NCBI GenBank assembly: GCA_910586735.1
Contig: CAJUJW010000001.1
Span: 19,928-83,927, forward strand
Reading direction: 5' to 3'
DNA length: 64,000 bases
Origin: an uncultured Oscillibacter sp.
GTDB lineage: Bacteria; Bacillota; Clostridia; Oscillospirales; Oscillospiraceae
Shown piece by piece: positions 9,243 to 19,747 of the stretch. Every line of letters starts with the position of its first letter. Position 1 is the stretch's first letter. The position numbers and the translations under genes were made by a program. Below the pieces are notes generated by a model. It saw only the letters and a program-made list of their open reading frames with translations. It did not search any database and was not told the origin of the DNA.

Positions 9243-10550
9243 ATGGATGATTGGCGGAAGCTCTATGAATCGAAGCTGGTCACGGCGGACGAGGCCGTGA
9301 AGCACATTCCCGACGGGTCCCGGGTCTTCTTCGGCCACGCGGCCAACGAGCCCCCCGTGCTGGTGGACGCCCTGGTGCGGAACTACGAGCAGTATCACAA
9401 TGTGGAGATTGTCCACTGGGTCCCCATGGGCAAGGGCGAATACTGCGACCCCAGGATGAAGGGCCACCTGCGGCACAACGCCATGTTCGTGGGCGGCTCC
9501 ACCCGGAAGGCCGTCCAGGAGGGCCGGGCGGACTACACCCCCTTCTTCTATCACCAGTCCACCCGCTTTTTCACCGACGGCACCTTCCCCATTGACGTGG
9601 TGCTGATCTCCGTCACCCCGCCGGATAAACACGGCTATGTGTCCCTGGGCGTCAGCGTGGGCGGCACCAGGCCCGCGGCCCTCAGCGCCAAGCTGGTCAT
9701 CGCCCAGGTGAACGACCAGATGCCCCGGACCATGGGGGATTCCTTCCTCCACGTGTCCCACCTGACCTACTGCGTGGAGGCGTCCACGCCCCTGCCGGAG
9801 CTGGGCGGCGGCGAGATCGACGAGGTCACGGACGCCATCGGCCGGAACGTGGCCGGCCTGGTGGAGGACGGATCCACCCTCCAGCTGGGCATCGGCACCA
9901 TCCCCGACGCGGTTTTGAAGTACCTGGGGGACAAGAAGGACCTGGGCATTCACTCCGAGATGTTCTCCGACGGCGTGGTGGACCTCTATCACAAAGGCGT
10001 CATCACCGGGGCCAACAAGACCCTGGACAAAGGCCGCATGGTGGCCGCCTTCCTGATGGGCAGCAAAAAGCTCTATGACTTCGTGGACAACAACCCGGAC
10101 GTGCTGATGCGGACGGTGGACTATGTGAACAACCCCGCCGTCATCTGCCAGAACCCCAAGGTGGTGGCCATCAACTCCTGCCTCCAGGTGGACTTCAACG
10201 GCCAGGTGAACAGCGAGTCCATGGGCCCCAAGCAGTTCTCCGGCATCGGCGGCCAGCTGGACTACGTCCGGGGCGCGGCCATGTGCCCCGACGGCAAGGC
10301 CATCCTGGCCATGCCCTCCACCGCCAAGCACGGCGAGGTCTCCCGCATCGTCCCCGTGTTTGACCCGGGCACCACCGTCACCACCACCCGGACCGACGTA
10401 CACTACATCGTCACGGAGTACGGCGTGGCCAACCTGCGGGCCAAGAGCCTGCGCCAGCGGGCCAAGCTGCTTATCAACATCGCGCACCCCAAATTCCGCG
10501 ACCAGCTTTGGGCCGCGTATCATGAACGCTACGGCGAGGAGGAGGAGTAA
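9243..10550 (+). CDS. Acetyl-CoA hydrolase/transferase family, 4-hydroxybutyrate CoA-transferase-like
   Basis: LQLGIGTIPDA, LGIHSEM, SGIGGQLDY and VTEYGVA motifs. Confidence 0.88.
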   Translation: MDDWRKLYESKLVTADEAVKHIPDGSRVFFGHAANEPPVLVDALVRNYEQYHNVEIVHWVPMGKGEYCDPRMKGHLRHNAMFVGGSTRKAVQEGRADYTPFFYHQSTRFFTDGTFPIDVVLISVTPPDKHGYVSLGVSVGGTRPAALSAKLVIAQVNDQMPRTMGDSFLHVSHLTYCVEASTPLPELGGGEIDEVTDAIGRNVAGLVEDGSTLQLGIGTIPDAVLKYLGDKKDLGIHSEMFSDGVVDLYHKGVITGANKTLDKGRMVAAFLMGSKKLYDFVDNNPDVLMRTVDYVNNPAVICQNPKVVAINSCLQVDFNGQVNSESMGPKQFSGIGGQLDYVRGAAMCPDGKAILAMPSTAKHGEVSRIVPVFDPGTTVTTTRTDVHYIVTEYGVANLRAKSLRQRAKLLINIAHPKFRDQLWAAYHERYGEEEE

Positions 10551-10553
10551 ATC

Positions 10554-11363
10554 ATGTCTGAGAGAAAAATTGAGGCCGTCGGCCAGCACAAGCTCCAGCA
10601 GGTGTTCCTGTCTGTGGAGGACCACATTGCCGTCATGACCCTGCACAATCCCCCGGTGAACGCCGCCAGCGGCGCCGTCCAGGAAGAGATCCTGCTGCTG
10701 TGCGACTACATCAACCACGACGACGACATCTGGGTCTGCGTCATGCACTCGGACCTGAAAACCTTCTGCGTGGGCGTGGACATCAAGCGCTTCCACCAGA
10801 GCATCCTGGACAGGGACGTGACCAACGTCCAGGAGGTCTACTACGACGGCGCCCAGGCCCTGTACGACCTGCGGGTCCCTCTGATCTGCGCGGTCCACGG
10901 CCACTGCCTGGGCGGCGGGCTGTGCTACCCCGCCGGGGCGGACATCTCCATCGCCGTGAAGGGCACGGTCTTCGGCTCTCCCGAGGCCAAGCTCAGCGTG
11001 GTGGGCGGCTGCGGCCACCTGGCCCGGATCATTCCCCCCCAGATTCAGCGGGACATGTGTTACTGCGGCACCTTCATCACCGCCGAGGACCTCCACGACA
11101 AATACGGCGGCGTGACCATGGTGGTGGACACCCTGGAGGAGCTGATGCCCGCCGCCATGGACAAGGCCCGGGAGCTGTGCAAACGGGGCCCCCTGGTGCT
11201 GCGGTATCTCAAGGCCTGCATGAACGAGCAGGAAGACTTCCAGATGCACCGGAAGAACGAGCTGGAGGTCACCTACACCCGCTACATGGCCCGTCACGCG
11301 GACTTCAAAGAGGGCGTGACCGCCTTCCTGGAGAAGCGGGAGCCCCAGTACAAGGGCGAGTGA
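10554..11363 (+). CDS. Enoyl-CoA hydratase/isomerase (crotonase) family protein
   Basis: NPPVNA, FCVGVDIK, AVHGHCLGGG, FGSPE and DFKEGVTAFLEKREP motifs. Confidence 0.88.
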   Translation: MSERKIEAVGQHKLQQVFLSVEDHIAVMTLHNPPVNAASGAVQEEILLLCDYINHDDDIWVCVMHSDLKTFCVGVDIKRFHQSILDRDVTNVQEVYYDGAQALYDLRVPLICAVHGHCLGGGLCYPAGADISIAVKGTVFGSPEAKLSVVGGCGHLARIIPPQIQRDMCYCGTFITAEDLHDKYGGVTMVVDTLEELMPAAMDKARELCKRGPLVLRYLKACMNEQEDFQMHRKNELEVTYTRYMARHADFKEGVTAFLEKREPQYKGE

Positions 11364-11421
11364 TTGCCCTGCCCGAGAGAGCGCAACTTCCATTTCAATA
11401 AAAAATTTAGGAGGAACGGAA

Positions 11422-12516
11422 ATGAAGAAGCATCAGAAACTTTTGGCGGCTGTCCTGTGCCTGACCATGCTGCTGGCCCTGCTGTCCGGCTGCGGCGGCG
11501 GAAACGGCGGAGCCTCCGGCGACAGCGGAAATTCCGGTGGAAGCAGCGTCCCCAGCGGAGAGGTCATCACCTGGCGTCTCCAGAGTAACTACGCCCTGGA
11601 CTCCCTGGAGGGCGACATGGCCAAGAACCTGAAGGAAGTGGTGGAGACCGTGACCAACGGCCGCCTCCAGATCGAGCTGTACGAGCCCGGCGCGCTGTGC
11701 CAGGCCTCCGACATCGTGACCTATCTGTCCCAGGGCGCGTTTGACTGCGCCGTGATCTTCGGCTCCACCTACTCCGGCGTGCTGCCCGAGGCGGACCTGG
11801 GCTGCGGCCTGCCCTTCGCCTGGGAGAGCTATTCCGAAATCTATGACGCCATGGAGAACTACGGTCTGCTGGACCTCATCCAGGAAGCCTACGGCGAGCT
11901 GAACATCAAATACTACTGGAATGCCCACGAGCCCAACTACAACACCCTGGCGAACTTTAAGGTAAACAGCCTGGCGGACTACGCCGGTAAGAAAATCCGC
12001 GCCCTGGGCGTCTGGGGCGACTACTACGCGGCCATCGGCGCCACCCCCGTCAACATCCCCGGCACCGAGGTCTATCAGGCCCTGCAGCTGGGCACCATCG
12101 ACGGCGCGCACTACGGCTGGTCCGCCCTCAGCGACTCCAACAACATCCGGGAAGTGGCGGACTACGCCATCTGCCCCTCTCTGAGCTACTGCCAGATGGC
12201 CACCGTTGTCAGCCAGGCCAGCCTGGACGCCCTGCCGGAGGACCTGCGGAACGTGGTTGACGAGGCGATCCGCCAGGCCAACATGGGCATCATCGGCCTG
12301 GACCACGTGGCCGGCACCGAGAAGAGCGTCCGGGACGCCGTCCTGGGCGGGTACACCGAGCTGGTGGAGCTGCCCGACGACGTGGTGGCCCAGCTCCGTG
12401 AGATCGCCATCACCCAGGTCTGGGAGCAGCTGGCCGCCAAGAGTGACCGCATGGCCCGGGGCATTGAGATCATCAAGCAGCAGAACCGCGACTACGGCCG
12501 CCAGGTGGATTACTGA
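11422..12516 (+). CDS. dctP: TRAP transporter substrate-binding lipoprotein
   Basis: Lipobox LSGC, TNGRLQIELY, GKKIRA and EVYQALQLGTIDG motifs. Confidence 0.9.
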   Translation: MKKHQKLLAAVLCLTMLLALLSGCGGGNGGASGDSGNSGGSSVPSGEVITWRLQSNYALDSLEGDMAKNLKEVVETVTNGRLQIELYEPGALCQASDIVTYLSQGAFDCAVIFGSTYSGVLPEADLGCGLPFAWESYSEIYDAMENYGLLDLIQEAYGELNIKYYWNAHEPNYNTLANFKVNSLADYAGKKIRALGVWGDYYAAIGATPVNIPGTEVYQALQLGTIDGAHYGWSALSDSNNIREVADYAICPSLSYCQMATVVSQASLDALPEDLRNVVDEAIRQANMGIIGLDHVAGTEKSVRDAVLGGYTELVELPDDVVAQLREIAITQVWEQLAAKSDRMARGIEIIKQQNRDYGRQVDY

Positions 12517-12667
12517 TCCCAAGGCGTCCTCCGGCGTGACGGGAAAACCCGTCACGCCGGGCTTTCGGGCCCTCCGCCGCCTTTGAGGCGGAGAGACCTT
12601 GCTTGACCGGGGAGGGGGCCCTCTCCTCCGGCGTTCCATCGTGGAAAAAGGGGAAAGGTATACGAGT

Positions 12668-13276
12668 ATGAAGATATTGCTGAGTGTCTCCAATATCATC
12701 GATAAGGTCAACCAGTTCATCGGCAGGCTCTTCGCCTGGATTCTGCTGCCCATGATTGTGCTGACCTCCATCGAGGTGTTCCGCCGCTACGTGCTGAACA
12801 GCCCCACCGTCTGGGCCTGGGAGCTGATTATCCAGCTCTGGGGCCTGATGCTGATGGCCTGCGGCGGCTATTGCTACTGGAAGGGCGGCTTTGTCCGGGT
12901 GGACGTGCTGTACAACAAGTTCCCGAAAAAGCTCAAGTACGCCCTGGGCGCCGTCACCGCCGCGCTGGTGCTGATCTGCATGGCGCTGACCTTCCGCTAC
13001 GGCTGGAATATGTTTTACGCCTCCTTCACCCGCAACGAGCGCATCTCCTCTGTCTGGGGCTCTCCCATGTGGACGATCCGCTTCTGGGTGGTCCTGGGCT
13101 CCAGCCTCATGTTCCTCCAGGGCGTCAGCGAGCTGATTAAAAACACCGCGGCCCTGCTTGGAAAAATTGATCTTGGAAGCAACACCGACGAGGTGGCCGA
13201 GGCCATCGAGCAGGTGAAAGCCACCGAGCGTCTGCCGGACAGCGGGGACGCCAAAGGAAAGGAGGAGAACGCATGA
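12668..13276 (+). CDS. dctQ: TRAP transporter small permease
   Basis: EVFRRYVLNSPTVWAWE and VRVDVLY motifs; four TM segments. Confidence 0.88.
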   Translation: MKILLSVSNIIDKVNQFIGRLFAWILLPMIVLTSIEVFRRYVLNSPTVWAWELIIQLWGLMLMACGGYCYWKGGFVRVDVLYNKFPKKLKYALGAVTAALVLICMALTFRYGWNMFYASFTRNERISSVWGSPMWTIRFWVVLGSSLMFLQGVSELIKNTAALLGKIDLGSNTDEVAEAIEQVKATERLPDSGDAKGKEENA

Positions 13277-14583
13277 GTGTCGAAATCATCATTCTGCTGA
13301 TCGGCCTGGTGGCCCTGATGGCCTTGGGCATCCCCATCTGTTTCGCGCTGATGAGCGTGTCCTCCGTCATTCTCCTGGTCTTCTTCGGCCCGGCCCAGAT
13401 GAACATTCTCAACGCCGCCTTCGTCAACCAGATGCAGTCGGACTCCCTGCTGGCCATTCCCATGTTCGCGCTGATGGCCTCCTTCCTCCAGACATCGGGC
13501 ATCGGCAGCGACATCTATGAGTTCTTCCACAAGTGGATGGGCGGCATCCGGGGCGGCCTGGCCATGGCCACGGTGGCGACCACGGCGGTCATCGCGGCCA
13601 TGAGCGGCGTGGCGGCCACGGCTACCATCGCCATGGGCCTCATCGCCCTGCCGGAGATGATCAACCGGGGCTATGACAAGTCCCTGGCCTGCGGCCCGGT
13701 GCTGGCCGGCGGCTGCCTGGGTCCCATCATCCCGCCCTCCACCATCATGATTATCATGGCCTCCTACACCGGCGTGTCCGCCGGCTGGCTTTTTATGGGC
13801 GGCGTGCTGCCCGGCGTGGGCCTGGCCCTGATTTTCATGCTGTACATCGGCGTCCGCTGCATGATCACCCCCTCCCTGGGCCCCGCCATCCCCAAGGACG
13901 AGCGGCCCGGCTGGGGCGAGAAGCTCCGGGTCTTCGGCAAGGTGGTGGTGCCTATCGGCATCATCGTGCTGGTCCTGGGCTGCATCTACGCCGGTGTGGC
14001 CACCCCCACGGAGGCCTCCGGCGTGGGCGCTTTCGCCTCCTTCGCCTACGCGATTCTCACCCGCAAGCTGTCCCTGAAAAACCTGCGCACCTCCCTGGTG
14101 CAGACCATGGAGACCTCCGTCATGCTGATGTGGATTCTCATGGGCGGCGCAGCCTACAACTCCCTGGTGAACATCACCCGGCTGGCCGACGTGGTGGCCA
14201 ACGCCTTCCGCAGCGCCCAGCTGGACGGGCTGCCCCTCATGCTGGTGATTTTTGTCCTGTTCTTTGTCATGGGCATGTTCCTGGACACCACGCCCATTAT
14301 CATGATCGCCATCCCCGTCCTGCTGCCCATCATCAGGAGTTCCTCCCTGGACCTCCACGCGGCGATTCTGATTCTGTGCATCACGTTGTGCCTGGGCATG
14401 ATTACCCCGCCCTTCGGCATCAACATGTTCTATCTCCTGGGCGTGGCCCCTCCGGGCATCGACACCAAGACGATGTACAAGGCCGTCATGCCCTATGTGG
14501 TCATTTTCATCGTCGCCTGCGTCTTCATGATGCTTTTCCCGCAGCTGATTGTCGCTTTCCCCAATTCCGCGATGGGCTACTGA
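13273..14583 (+). CDS. dctM: TRAP transporter large permease
   Basis: LLAIPMF, IIPPS, ATPTEASG and ITPPFG motifs. Confidence 0.9.
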   Translation: MSVEIIILLIGLVALMALGIPICFALMSVSSVILLVFFGPAQMNILNAAFVNQMQSDSLLAIPMFALMASFLQTSGIGSDIYEFFHKWMGGIRGGLAMATVATTAVIAAMSGVAATATIAMGLIALPEMINRGYDKSLACGPVLAGGCLGPIIPPSTIMIIMASYTGVSAGWLFMGGVLPGVGLALIFMLYIGVRCMITPSLGPAIPKDERPGWGEKLRVFGKVVVPIGIIVLVLGCIYAGVATPTEASGVGAFASFAYAILTRKLSLKNLRTSLVQTMETSVMLMWILMGGAAYNSLVNITRLADVVANAFRSAQLDGLPLMLVIFVLFFVMGMFLDTTPIIMIAIPVLLPIIRSSSLDLHAAILILCITLCLGMITPPFGINMFYLLGVAPPGIDTKTMYKAVMPYVVIFIVACVFMMLFPQLIVAFPNSAMGY

Positions 14584-14665
14584 CCCACCGCCCTGGAAGG
14601 GCCGCCGCTATGCGGCGGTCCTCCCTGCTTTATAGTCAGTACAAAAACATTAGGAGGAATGTAAG

Positions 14666-15790
14666 ATGCTGGAATTCAAGATGCACACAAACCTGGTCTT
14701 CGCCGACACCCTTCGGGAGTTCGCGGAGAGCGAGAACCTGGGGGCGGGGGACTTCATCCTCACCAACGAGTTCCTGTATGAGAAATATCTGAAGCCCCTG
14801 AACCTCTCCTGCGGCGCGGCCTTTTTGGAGTCCTACGGCCAGGGCGAGCCCACCACGGCCATGGTGGACGCCATCCGGGCGGACCTGCCCCAGGGGGTGA
14901 AGCGCGTCGTGGCCATCGGCGGCGGCGCGGTGATGGACACGGCGAAAATGCTCTCTCTCCACACCTCCGCCGGGAAGACCGAGGCCCTCTTTGACCTCAG
15001 CCCCGGCGCGGAGAAGCCTACCCGGATTTTCGACGTGTACGCCGTCCCCACCACCTGCGGCACGGGCAGCGAAGTGACCAACGCCTGCGCCGTGGAGCTG
15101 GAGTCCCTGCACACCAAGCGGGGGCTGAACAACGACCTGATGTTCGCGTCCAAGTCCGTCCTGATCCCGGAGCTTTTGTCGGGGCTGCCCTACCGGTTCT
15201 TCGCCACCTCCTCCATCGACGCGCTGATCCACGCCGTGGAGTCCTACCTCTCCCCCAAGGCCACGCCCATCTCCCGGCTGTTCTCCACCACCGCCGTCAC
15301 CATGATTCTGGAGGGCTACCGCTACGTGGTGGAGCGGGGGGCCGAGCGCTGGACGGACAAGGCCAGGGACTTCCAGCTGGCTTCCACCTACGCGGGCCTG
15401 GCCTTTTGTTCCGCGGGCTGCGCGGCGGTCCACGCCCTGAGCTATCCCCTGGGCGGCGGCTACCACATCCCTCACGGGGAGGCGAACCAGCTGGTCTTCG
15501 CCGCCGTGTTCCGCAAGTACAAGGAGAAGAAGCCCGTGGGCGCCCTGAACGAGCTGGAGTCCCTGCTGGGCCGCTGCCTGAACGTCCCGGCGGAGGAGGC
15601 CCTGGAGGCGGCGTTCCGCCTGTTCGACCAGGTCCAGCCCAGGAAGCCCCTGCGGGAGTACGGCATTTCCGACAGCGAGTTCCAGGGCTTCGCCGAGGGC
15701 GTCACGGCGGGGCAGCAGCGGCTGCTGGGGAATAACTACGTGCCGCTGTCCGTGGAGGACATGGTGGAGATTTACCGGTCGATTTATTGA
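14666..15790 (+). CDS. Iron-containing alcohol dehydrogenase, 4-hydroxybutyrate dehydrogenase-like
   Basis: GGGAVMD, VPTTCGTGSEVT, DALIHAVE, HALSYPLG..YHIPHGE and QQRLLGNNY motifs. Confidence 0.85.
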   Translation: MLEFKMHTNLVFADTLREFAESENLGAGDFILTNEFLYEKYLKPLNLSCGAAFLESYGQGEPTTAMVDAIRADLPQGVKRVVAIGGGAVMDTAKMLSLHTSAGKTEALFDLSPGAEKPTRIFDVYAVPTTCGTGSEVTNACAVELESLHTKRGLNNDLMFASKSVLIPELLSGLPYRFFATSSIDALIHAVESYLSPKATPISRLFSTTAVTMILEGYRYVVERGAERWTDKARDFQLASTYAGLAFCSAGCAAVHALSYPLGGGYHIPHGEANQLVFAAVFRKYKEKKPVGALNELESLLGRCLNVPAEEALEAAFRLFDQVQPRKPLREYGISDSEFQGFAEGVTAGQQRLLGNNYVPLSVEDMVEIYRSIY

Positions 15791-15805
15791 CGGGTGCGAG
15801 GGAAT

Positions 15806-15847
15806 GAAAAGGCGAGAGGAACCCTTTCCGGGGTTCCTCTCGTTTTC
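15806..15847. terminator. Bidirectional terminator between convergent operons
   Basis: CGAGAGGAACCC/GGGTTCCTCTCG stem flanked by A- and T-runs. Confidence 0.75.
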
Positions 15848-15956
15848 AATCGGAGGCTTCCAGCGCAGATGAAATCCTCCGCAGTCCGGTAAAAGTCTTG
15901 CCGCCTCGGACCGTCCCGAGAAGGACGGCCTGTTTTTATGGGGGCGTTCCGGTCCG

Positions 15957-16301
15957 CTAGAAATTCGTCCCGTTCCACCCCCAGTGCTCACTGGAGGCGT
16001 AGATGACGTAAATGCGGTCCTGTTCGATGGAGAGCAGCTTGTTGACGGACGCGCAGATTTCCGCCGTCAGCAGGTCGTAGTATTTTGCCTCAAGCTCTCC
16101 CATGGAGCGGAAGAGCACCACGGCGGCGGGCTTCGCGGCGTCCCCGGCGAAATGCAGGTTTGTCCGGTCCTCCAGATGGGTCATCACCCAACCCGCGCTC
16201 TTCCCGGGGATGAGCTCCACGATGCGCCCCAGCTCGGCGCAGAGGGCCTCTTTTGTCCCGCCCTCGACGGCGGCGTTGGTTTTCACTTCAAAATACGGCA
16301 T
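15957..16301 (-). CDS. MIF/phenylpyruvate tautomerase-like protein
   Basis: N-terminal Met-Pro, IPGKS..WVM, DRIYV and WGWNGTNF motifs; 114 aa. Confidence 0.85.
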   Translation of the reverse strand: MPYFEVKTNAAVEGGTKEALCAELGRIVELIPGKSAGWVMTHLEDRTNLHFAGDAAKPAAVVLFRSMGELEAKYYDLLTAEICASVNKLLSIEQDRIYVIYASSEHWGWNGTNF

Positions 16302-16313
16302 GTCATTTCCTCC

Positions 16314-17897
16314 TTACTTCTCGAGTGAGTCGCCGGACGCCGCCGTTTCTTCGGGGGCCGTTCCGGCTGAGAGTTTCCCGCTGCCGGCCCGGAGCCACCG
16401 GAAGAGCATGACCTCCATAAAGATCACGACGAACATGAAGGGAATCGAAACCAGGATGGCAAGGCTTTTCAGGGCGGAGAAATCCGCCTTGGCGAACATG
16501 ATGGACAGGGGCACCAGAGTCAAAACCGCGCACCAGAACAGCCGCAGGGCCCGGCTGACGTTACCCTGTTTGTCCAGCTTCATTGTGGTGGTCTGGGCCA
16601 GGGAGAAGGAGGCGGAATCCAGGCACGAGGCCACAAATCCCACGATAATCAGCAGCATGGTGAAGGGCAGAACTTTTACTCCTCCCGGCAGTGAGGCCAC
16701 CACGCTGTAGATCAGGTCCTGTCCCGCGCCGCTTTCCAGAATCTCCGTCACGCTGACGGTTCCATTGAACTCCGCGTGCATGGCGAGGCTCCCGTTTACG
16801 CCGAACAGCACCCACACGCCTGCGGAAATCCCCAGGAGACAGCACAGAGACACCTGGCGGATGGTCCGTCCCTTGGAAATCTTCGCCACGAAAATGCCCA
16901 TCATCGCCGTATAGGTCAGACAGAAAGCCTGGAAGAACGTGGTCCATTCCTCCGTGAAGCCCGTTTGAGAGATGGGGTCCGTAAAAAAGCTCATGCGCAT
17001 GTACTTATCCGCCATCCAGGCCAGGCTGCTGGCAATGTTCTCCACGATGAACCCCGTTGGGCCCGCAAGCAGGACATACAGGATGAAGAGGATGCACAGG
17101 GCCGAGGAGACGTTGCTGATCCACTTCTTCCCCTTTTCTATGCCCAGGAAGGAGGTGACGGTGAATACCGCCGCGATGCCCAGGACCACCAGGAGCTGAA
17201 CCGGGAAGGTGGTCTCGATGCCGAACACCTGCTTCAGCGCCCCGGTGCCCAGGGGGACGGCCAGTCCCAGGGTGCAGCCCAGGGCCCCGACGATGCAGAA
17301 CACCACGGAGATGTCGATGATTCTGCCCAGCAGCTTCCTGTACTTGAAGCCGCCCATCATGTCCTCGCAGACCGAGCTGACCTTCATGAACTCCACCTTC
17401 CGGTTGTACACGGCGTATCCGATGGCCACGCCGGTGAGCACGTAGGGCGCCTGGGTGGCAAAGCCCCAGTGGAAGAAGGAGTATCCCAGGGAGATTTCCG
17501 CAGCCTCGACGGAGTAGGGCTCAATGCCCAGGGCGGGCTTCATGTAGTAGTACCCCCACTCCGTAAAGGACCAGTACAGCGCCGCCGAGGCCAGGGCCGC
17601 CAGCGCCATCATGGCGATGTAGCTGAACGTGGAGAACTCGGGGTCGCAGTTTCCCAGCTTGATGTTCCCGTACTTGCCGAAGGCCAGGTAAATGGCCAGG
17701 ACGGTGGTCACAAAGGTAAAGACCATCAGCGGCACGCCGAAGACCTGGGTGGCGAAGTGAAAGGCGGCGTTTACGGAGTTCAGGGCGCTTTCGGGCCGCA
17801 GCACCATGTAGAGGACGAAGCCCGCCACGACAAAGAGGCTGATCAGAATCACGGGAAGATCGACGTTGACACCTCCCTGCTCTTTTTGCGTTCTCAA
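16314..17897 (-). CDS. BCCT family (betaine/carnitine/choline) transporter
   Basis: YGNIKLG..PEFS, FFHWG and FVAKISKGRTIRQ motifs; about 12 TM segments. Confidence 0.88.
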   Translation of the reverse strand: MRTQKEQGGVNVDLPVILISLFVVAGFVLYMVLRPESALNSVNAAFHFATQVFGVPLMVFTFVTTVLAIYLAFGKYGNIKLGNCDPEFSTFSYIAMMALAALASAALYWSFTEWGYYYMKPALGIEPYSVEAAEISLGYSFFHWGFATQAPYVLTGVAIGYAVYNRKVEFMKVSSVCEDMMGGFKYRKLLGRIIDISVVFCIVGALGCTLGLAVPLGTGALKQVFGIETTFPVQLLVVLGIAAVFTVTSFLGIEKGKKWISNVSSALCILFILYVLLAGPTGFIVENIASSLAWMADKYMRMSFFTDPISQTGFTEEWTTFFQAFCLTYTAMMGIFVAKISKGRTIRQVSLCCLLGISAGVWVLFGVNGSLAMHAEFNGTVSVTEILESGAGQDLIYSVVASLPGGVKVLPFTMLLIIVGFVASCLDSASFSLAQTTTMKLDKQGNVSRALRLFWCAVLTLVPLSIMFAKADFSALKSLAILVSIPFMFVVIFMEVMLFRWLRAGSGKLSAGTAPEETAASGDSLEK

Positions 17898-17917
17898 AAT
17901 TCATCCTCCTCTTTAAC

Positions 17918-19141
17918 TCAGATAACCTGCTCTGTCCGCAGGGCCTCAATCTCCCCGGCGCTCTTGCCCAGCAGGCCGGAGAGAATCTCCTCGTTGTGCT
18001 GGCCGATGCCCGGGGCGGGCCGCTGCACCCGGTCCTCGCAGCCGTGGATCTTGATGGGCGTGCCGGGGACCTGAACGGGCTCGTCAAAGGCGGGGTCCTC
18101 CACCGTCCAGAGCATGTTCCGGCGCTGGATGAAGTCGCTGGCGCAGGCCTGGGCGGTGTTCTGCACCTTGCCGAAGGGGATGCCGGCGGCCAGGATGAGG
18201 CGCTCCAGCTCCTCCAAGCTGAGCCGGGTGGTCCAGTCCTCAATGATGGCCTTCAGCTCGGAGTAATTGGCGCAGCGCAGGGAGTTGCTGGAGAAGCGGG
18301 GGTCGTCCGCCAGTTCCGGCTTTCCCATCACGCCGCACAGCGTGGAAAAGAACTTGTCCGTTCCGCAGGCGACGACGCAGACGCCGTCCTTCGCGCGGTA
18401 GGCGTCGAAGGGGGCGATGACCGGGTCCCGGTTGCCCACTGGGCCGGAGATGATTCCCCCGATGGTGTACTGCACGACGCCGGTCTCCAGAACGGAGAAA
18501 ACCGTGTCCACCATGGAGACATCCAGCCTCCGCCCCATGCCGGTGCGCTCCCGCTGGAACAGGGCCATCATGATGCCCAGGGACAGGTAGGTGCCGGAGT
18601 AGCTGTCCGCGATGGCGGGTCCGACTTTTACGATGTTGTCCTCAAAGCCGGTCATGCTCATCAGCCCGCCCATGGCCTGGGCGACGATGTCATAGCAGGG
18701 CCGCTGGGCCTCGGGGCCCTCCAGGCCGAAGCCGGAGATGGACGCGTAGATCAGCCGGGGGTTCAGCTCTTTGAGGGTCTCGTATCCAAGCCCCAGCTTT
18801 TCCATGGTTCCCACCCGGAAGTTCTCGCACAGCACGTCCACGTGGCAGATCAGTTCCTTGAAAATCTCCTTGCCCTTTTCGGACTTCAGATCCAGGGTGA
18901 GGCCCAGCTTGTTCCGGTTGATGTAGGCGAAATAGCCGCTGGCGCCGTTTTTGATGGGGTCCCAGTTCCGGCATTGGTCCCCCTTGCCGGGAATCTCCAG
19001 CTTGATGACCTCCGCGCCCTGGTCGGCCAGGTGCATGGTGCAGAAGGGACCGCTGTAGGCGTGGGTGAGATCCAGCACCCGTACCCCGGTCAGGGGCTTT
19101 TCGGCAAGGGCCGCCGCGCTGTTCAGGTTGGCAGGGTTCAT
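17918..19141 (-). CDS. Class III (CaiB/BaiF) CoA-transferase
   Basis: PLTGVRVLDLT, GPFCT, NRNK and ENFRVG motifs; catalytic Asp in PCYDIVAQ. Confidence 0.92.
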   Translation of the reverse strand: MNPANLNSAAALAEKPLTGVRVLDLTHAYSGPFCTMHLADQGAEVIKLEIPGKGDQCRNWDPIKNGASGYFAYINRNKLGLTLDLKSEKGKEIFKELICHVDVLCENFRVGTMEKLGLGYETLKELNPRLIYASISGFGLEGPEAQRPCYDIVAQAMGGLMSMTGFEDNIVKVGPAIADSYSGTYLSLGIMMALFQRERTGMGRRLDVSMVDTVFSVLETGVVQYTIGGIISGPVGNRDPVIAPFDAYRAKDGVCVVACGTDKFFSTLCGVMGKPELADDPRFSSNSLRCANYSELKAIIEDWTTRLSLEELERLILAAGIPFGKVQNTAQACASDFIQRRNMLWTVEDPAFDEPVQVPGTPIKIHGCEDRVQRPAPGIGQHNEEILSGLLGKSAGEIEALRTEQVI

Positions 19142-19159
19142 TGTAACCTCCATAGTCGT

Positions 19160-19640
19160 TCACTCTTCGAGTTTTTTGGTGAAGTTCCCCTGAATATGTA
19201 CATTTTCATTCAGGACAATAAATGCGCTGGGGTCATAGCTCCGCACGATCAGCCGAAGCTGGGGCAGCTCGTACTTCGAAAGCAGCACGCAGAGAACATA
19301 ACGCTCCTTGCCCGTGTAGCTGCCGACGCAGTTCCATTTGGTCACGCCCCGGTGGAGCTGGGTCATGATATCACGCGCGATTTCCTGGTTGTTTTCCGTG
19401 ATGATCTTGGCCTCCACTCAGAACGTAGTAGATGATGGACGCGATGTCGATTTCAATGGGGAGGCGCAGCCACTCCGCCAGCAGCGTCCGCACCACCTGG
19501 CACAGGCCGGACAGCCCGCCGCAGTACACGCCCGCAGGCACCGCCAAGAGGTTCAGCGCGAGGGAATACGCCAGGACCGCCAGGACGCTGGCCGCTGTTC
19601 TGCGGCTCTCCAGCGCCGGGATATTCCGTTTCTCAGTCAT
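19160..19640 (-). pseudogene. YitT-family membrane protein with internal deletion and frameshift
   Basis: N-terminal GGLSG motif (19640 to ~19418) joins, out of frame, the C-terminal RGVT...G.YTG...DPSAFI domain; total about 160 codons versus roughly 280-300 expected. Confidence 0.75.
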
Positions 19641-19747
19641 GTTTTGAAATGCGATCCTCCATAGGAGGCGGGAAAGGGACAGGCTCACGGCAGTTGGTGC
19701 AGCTTCCTATGAGCCTGTCCCTGATTCCGGTTTCTTCGGAGACTTTC

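Noticed and set aside
9057-11393. Long antisense ORFs (778 aa here; also 27086-30229 and 51996-53753)
   Set aside because: Shadow frames of GC-rich genes with strong codon bias; no motifs or RBS.
15850-15955. Possible ribozyme or sRNA between convergent operons
   Set aside because: Only short hairpins; no hammerhead or other catalytic core found.
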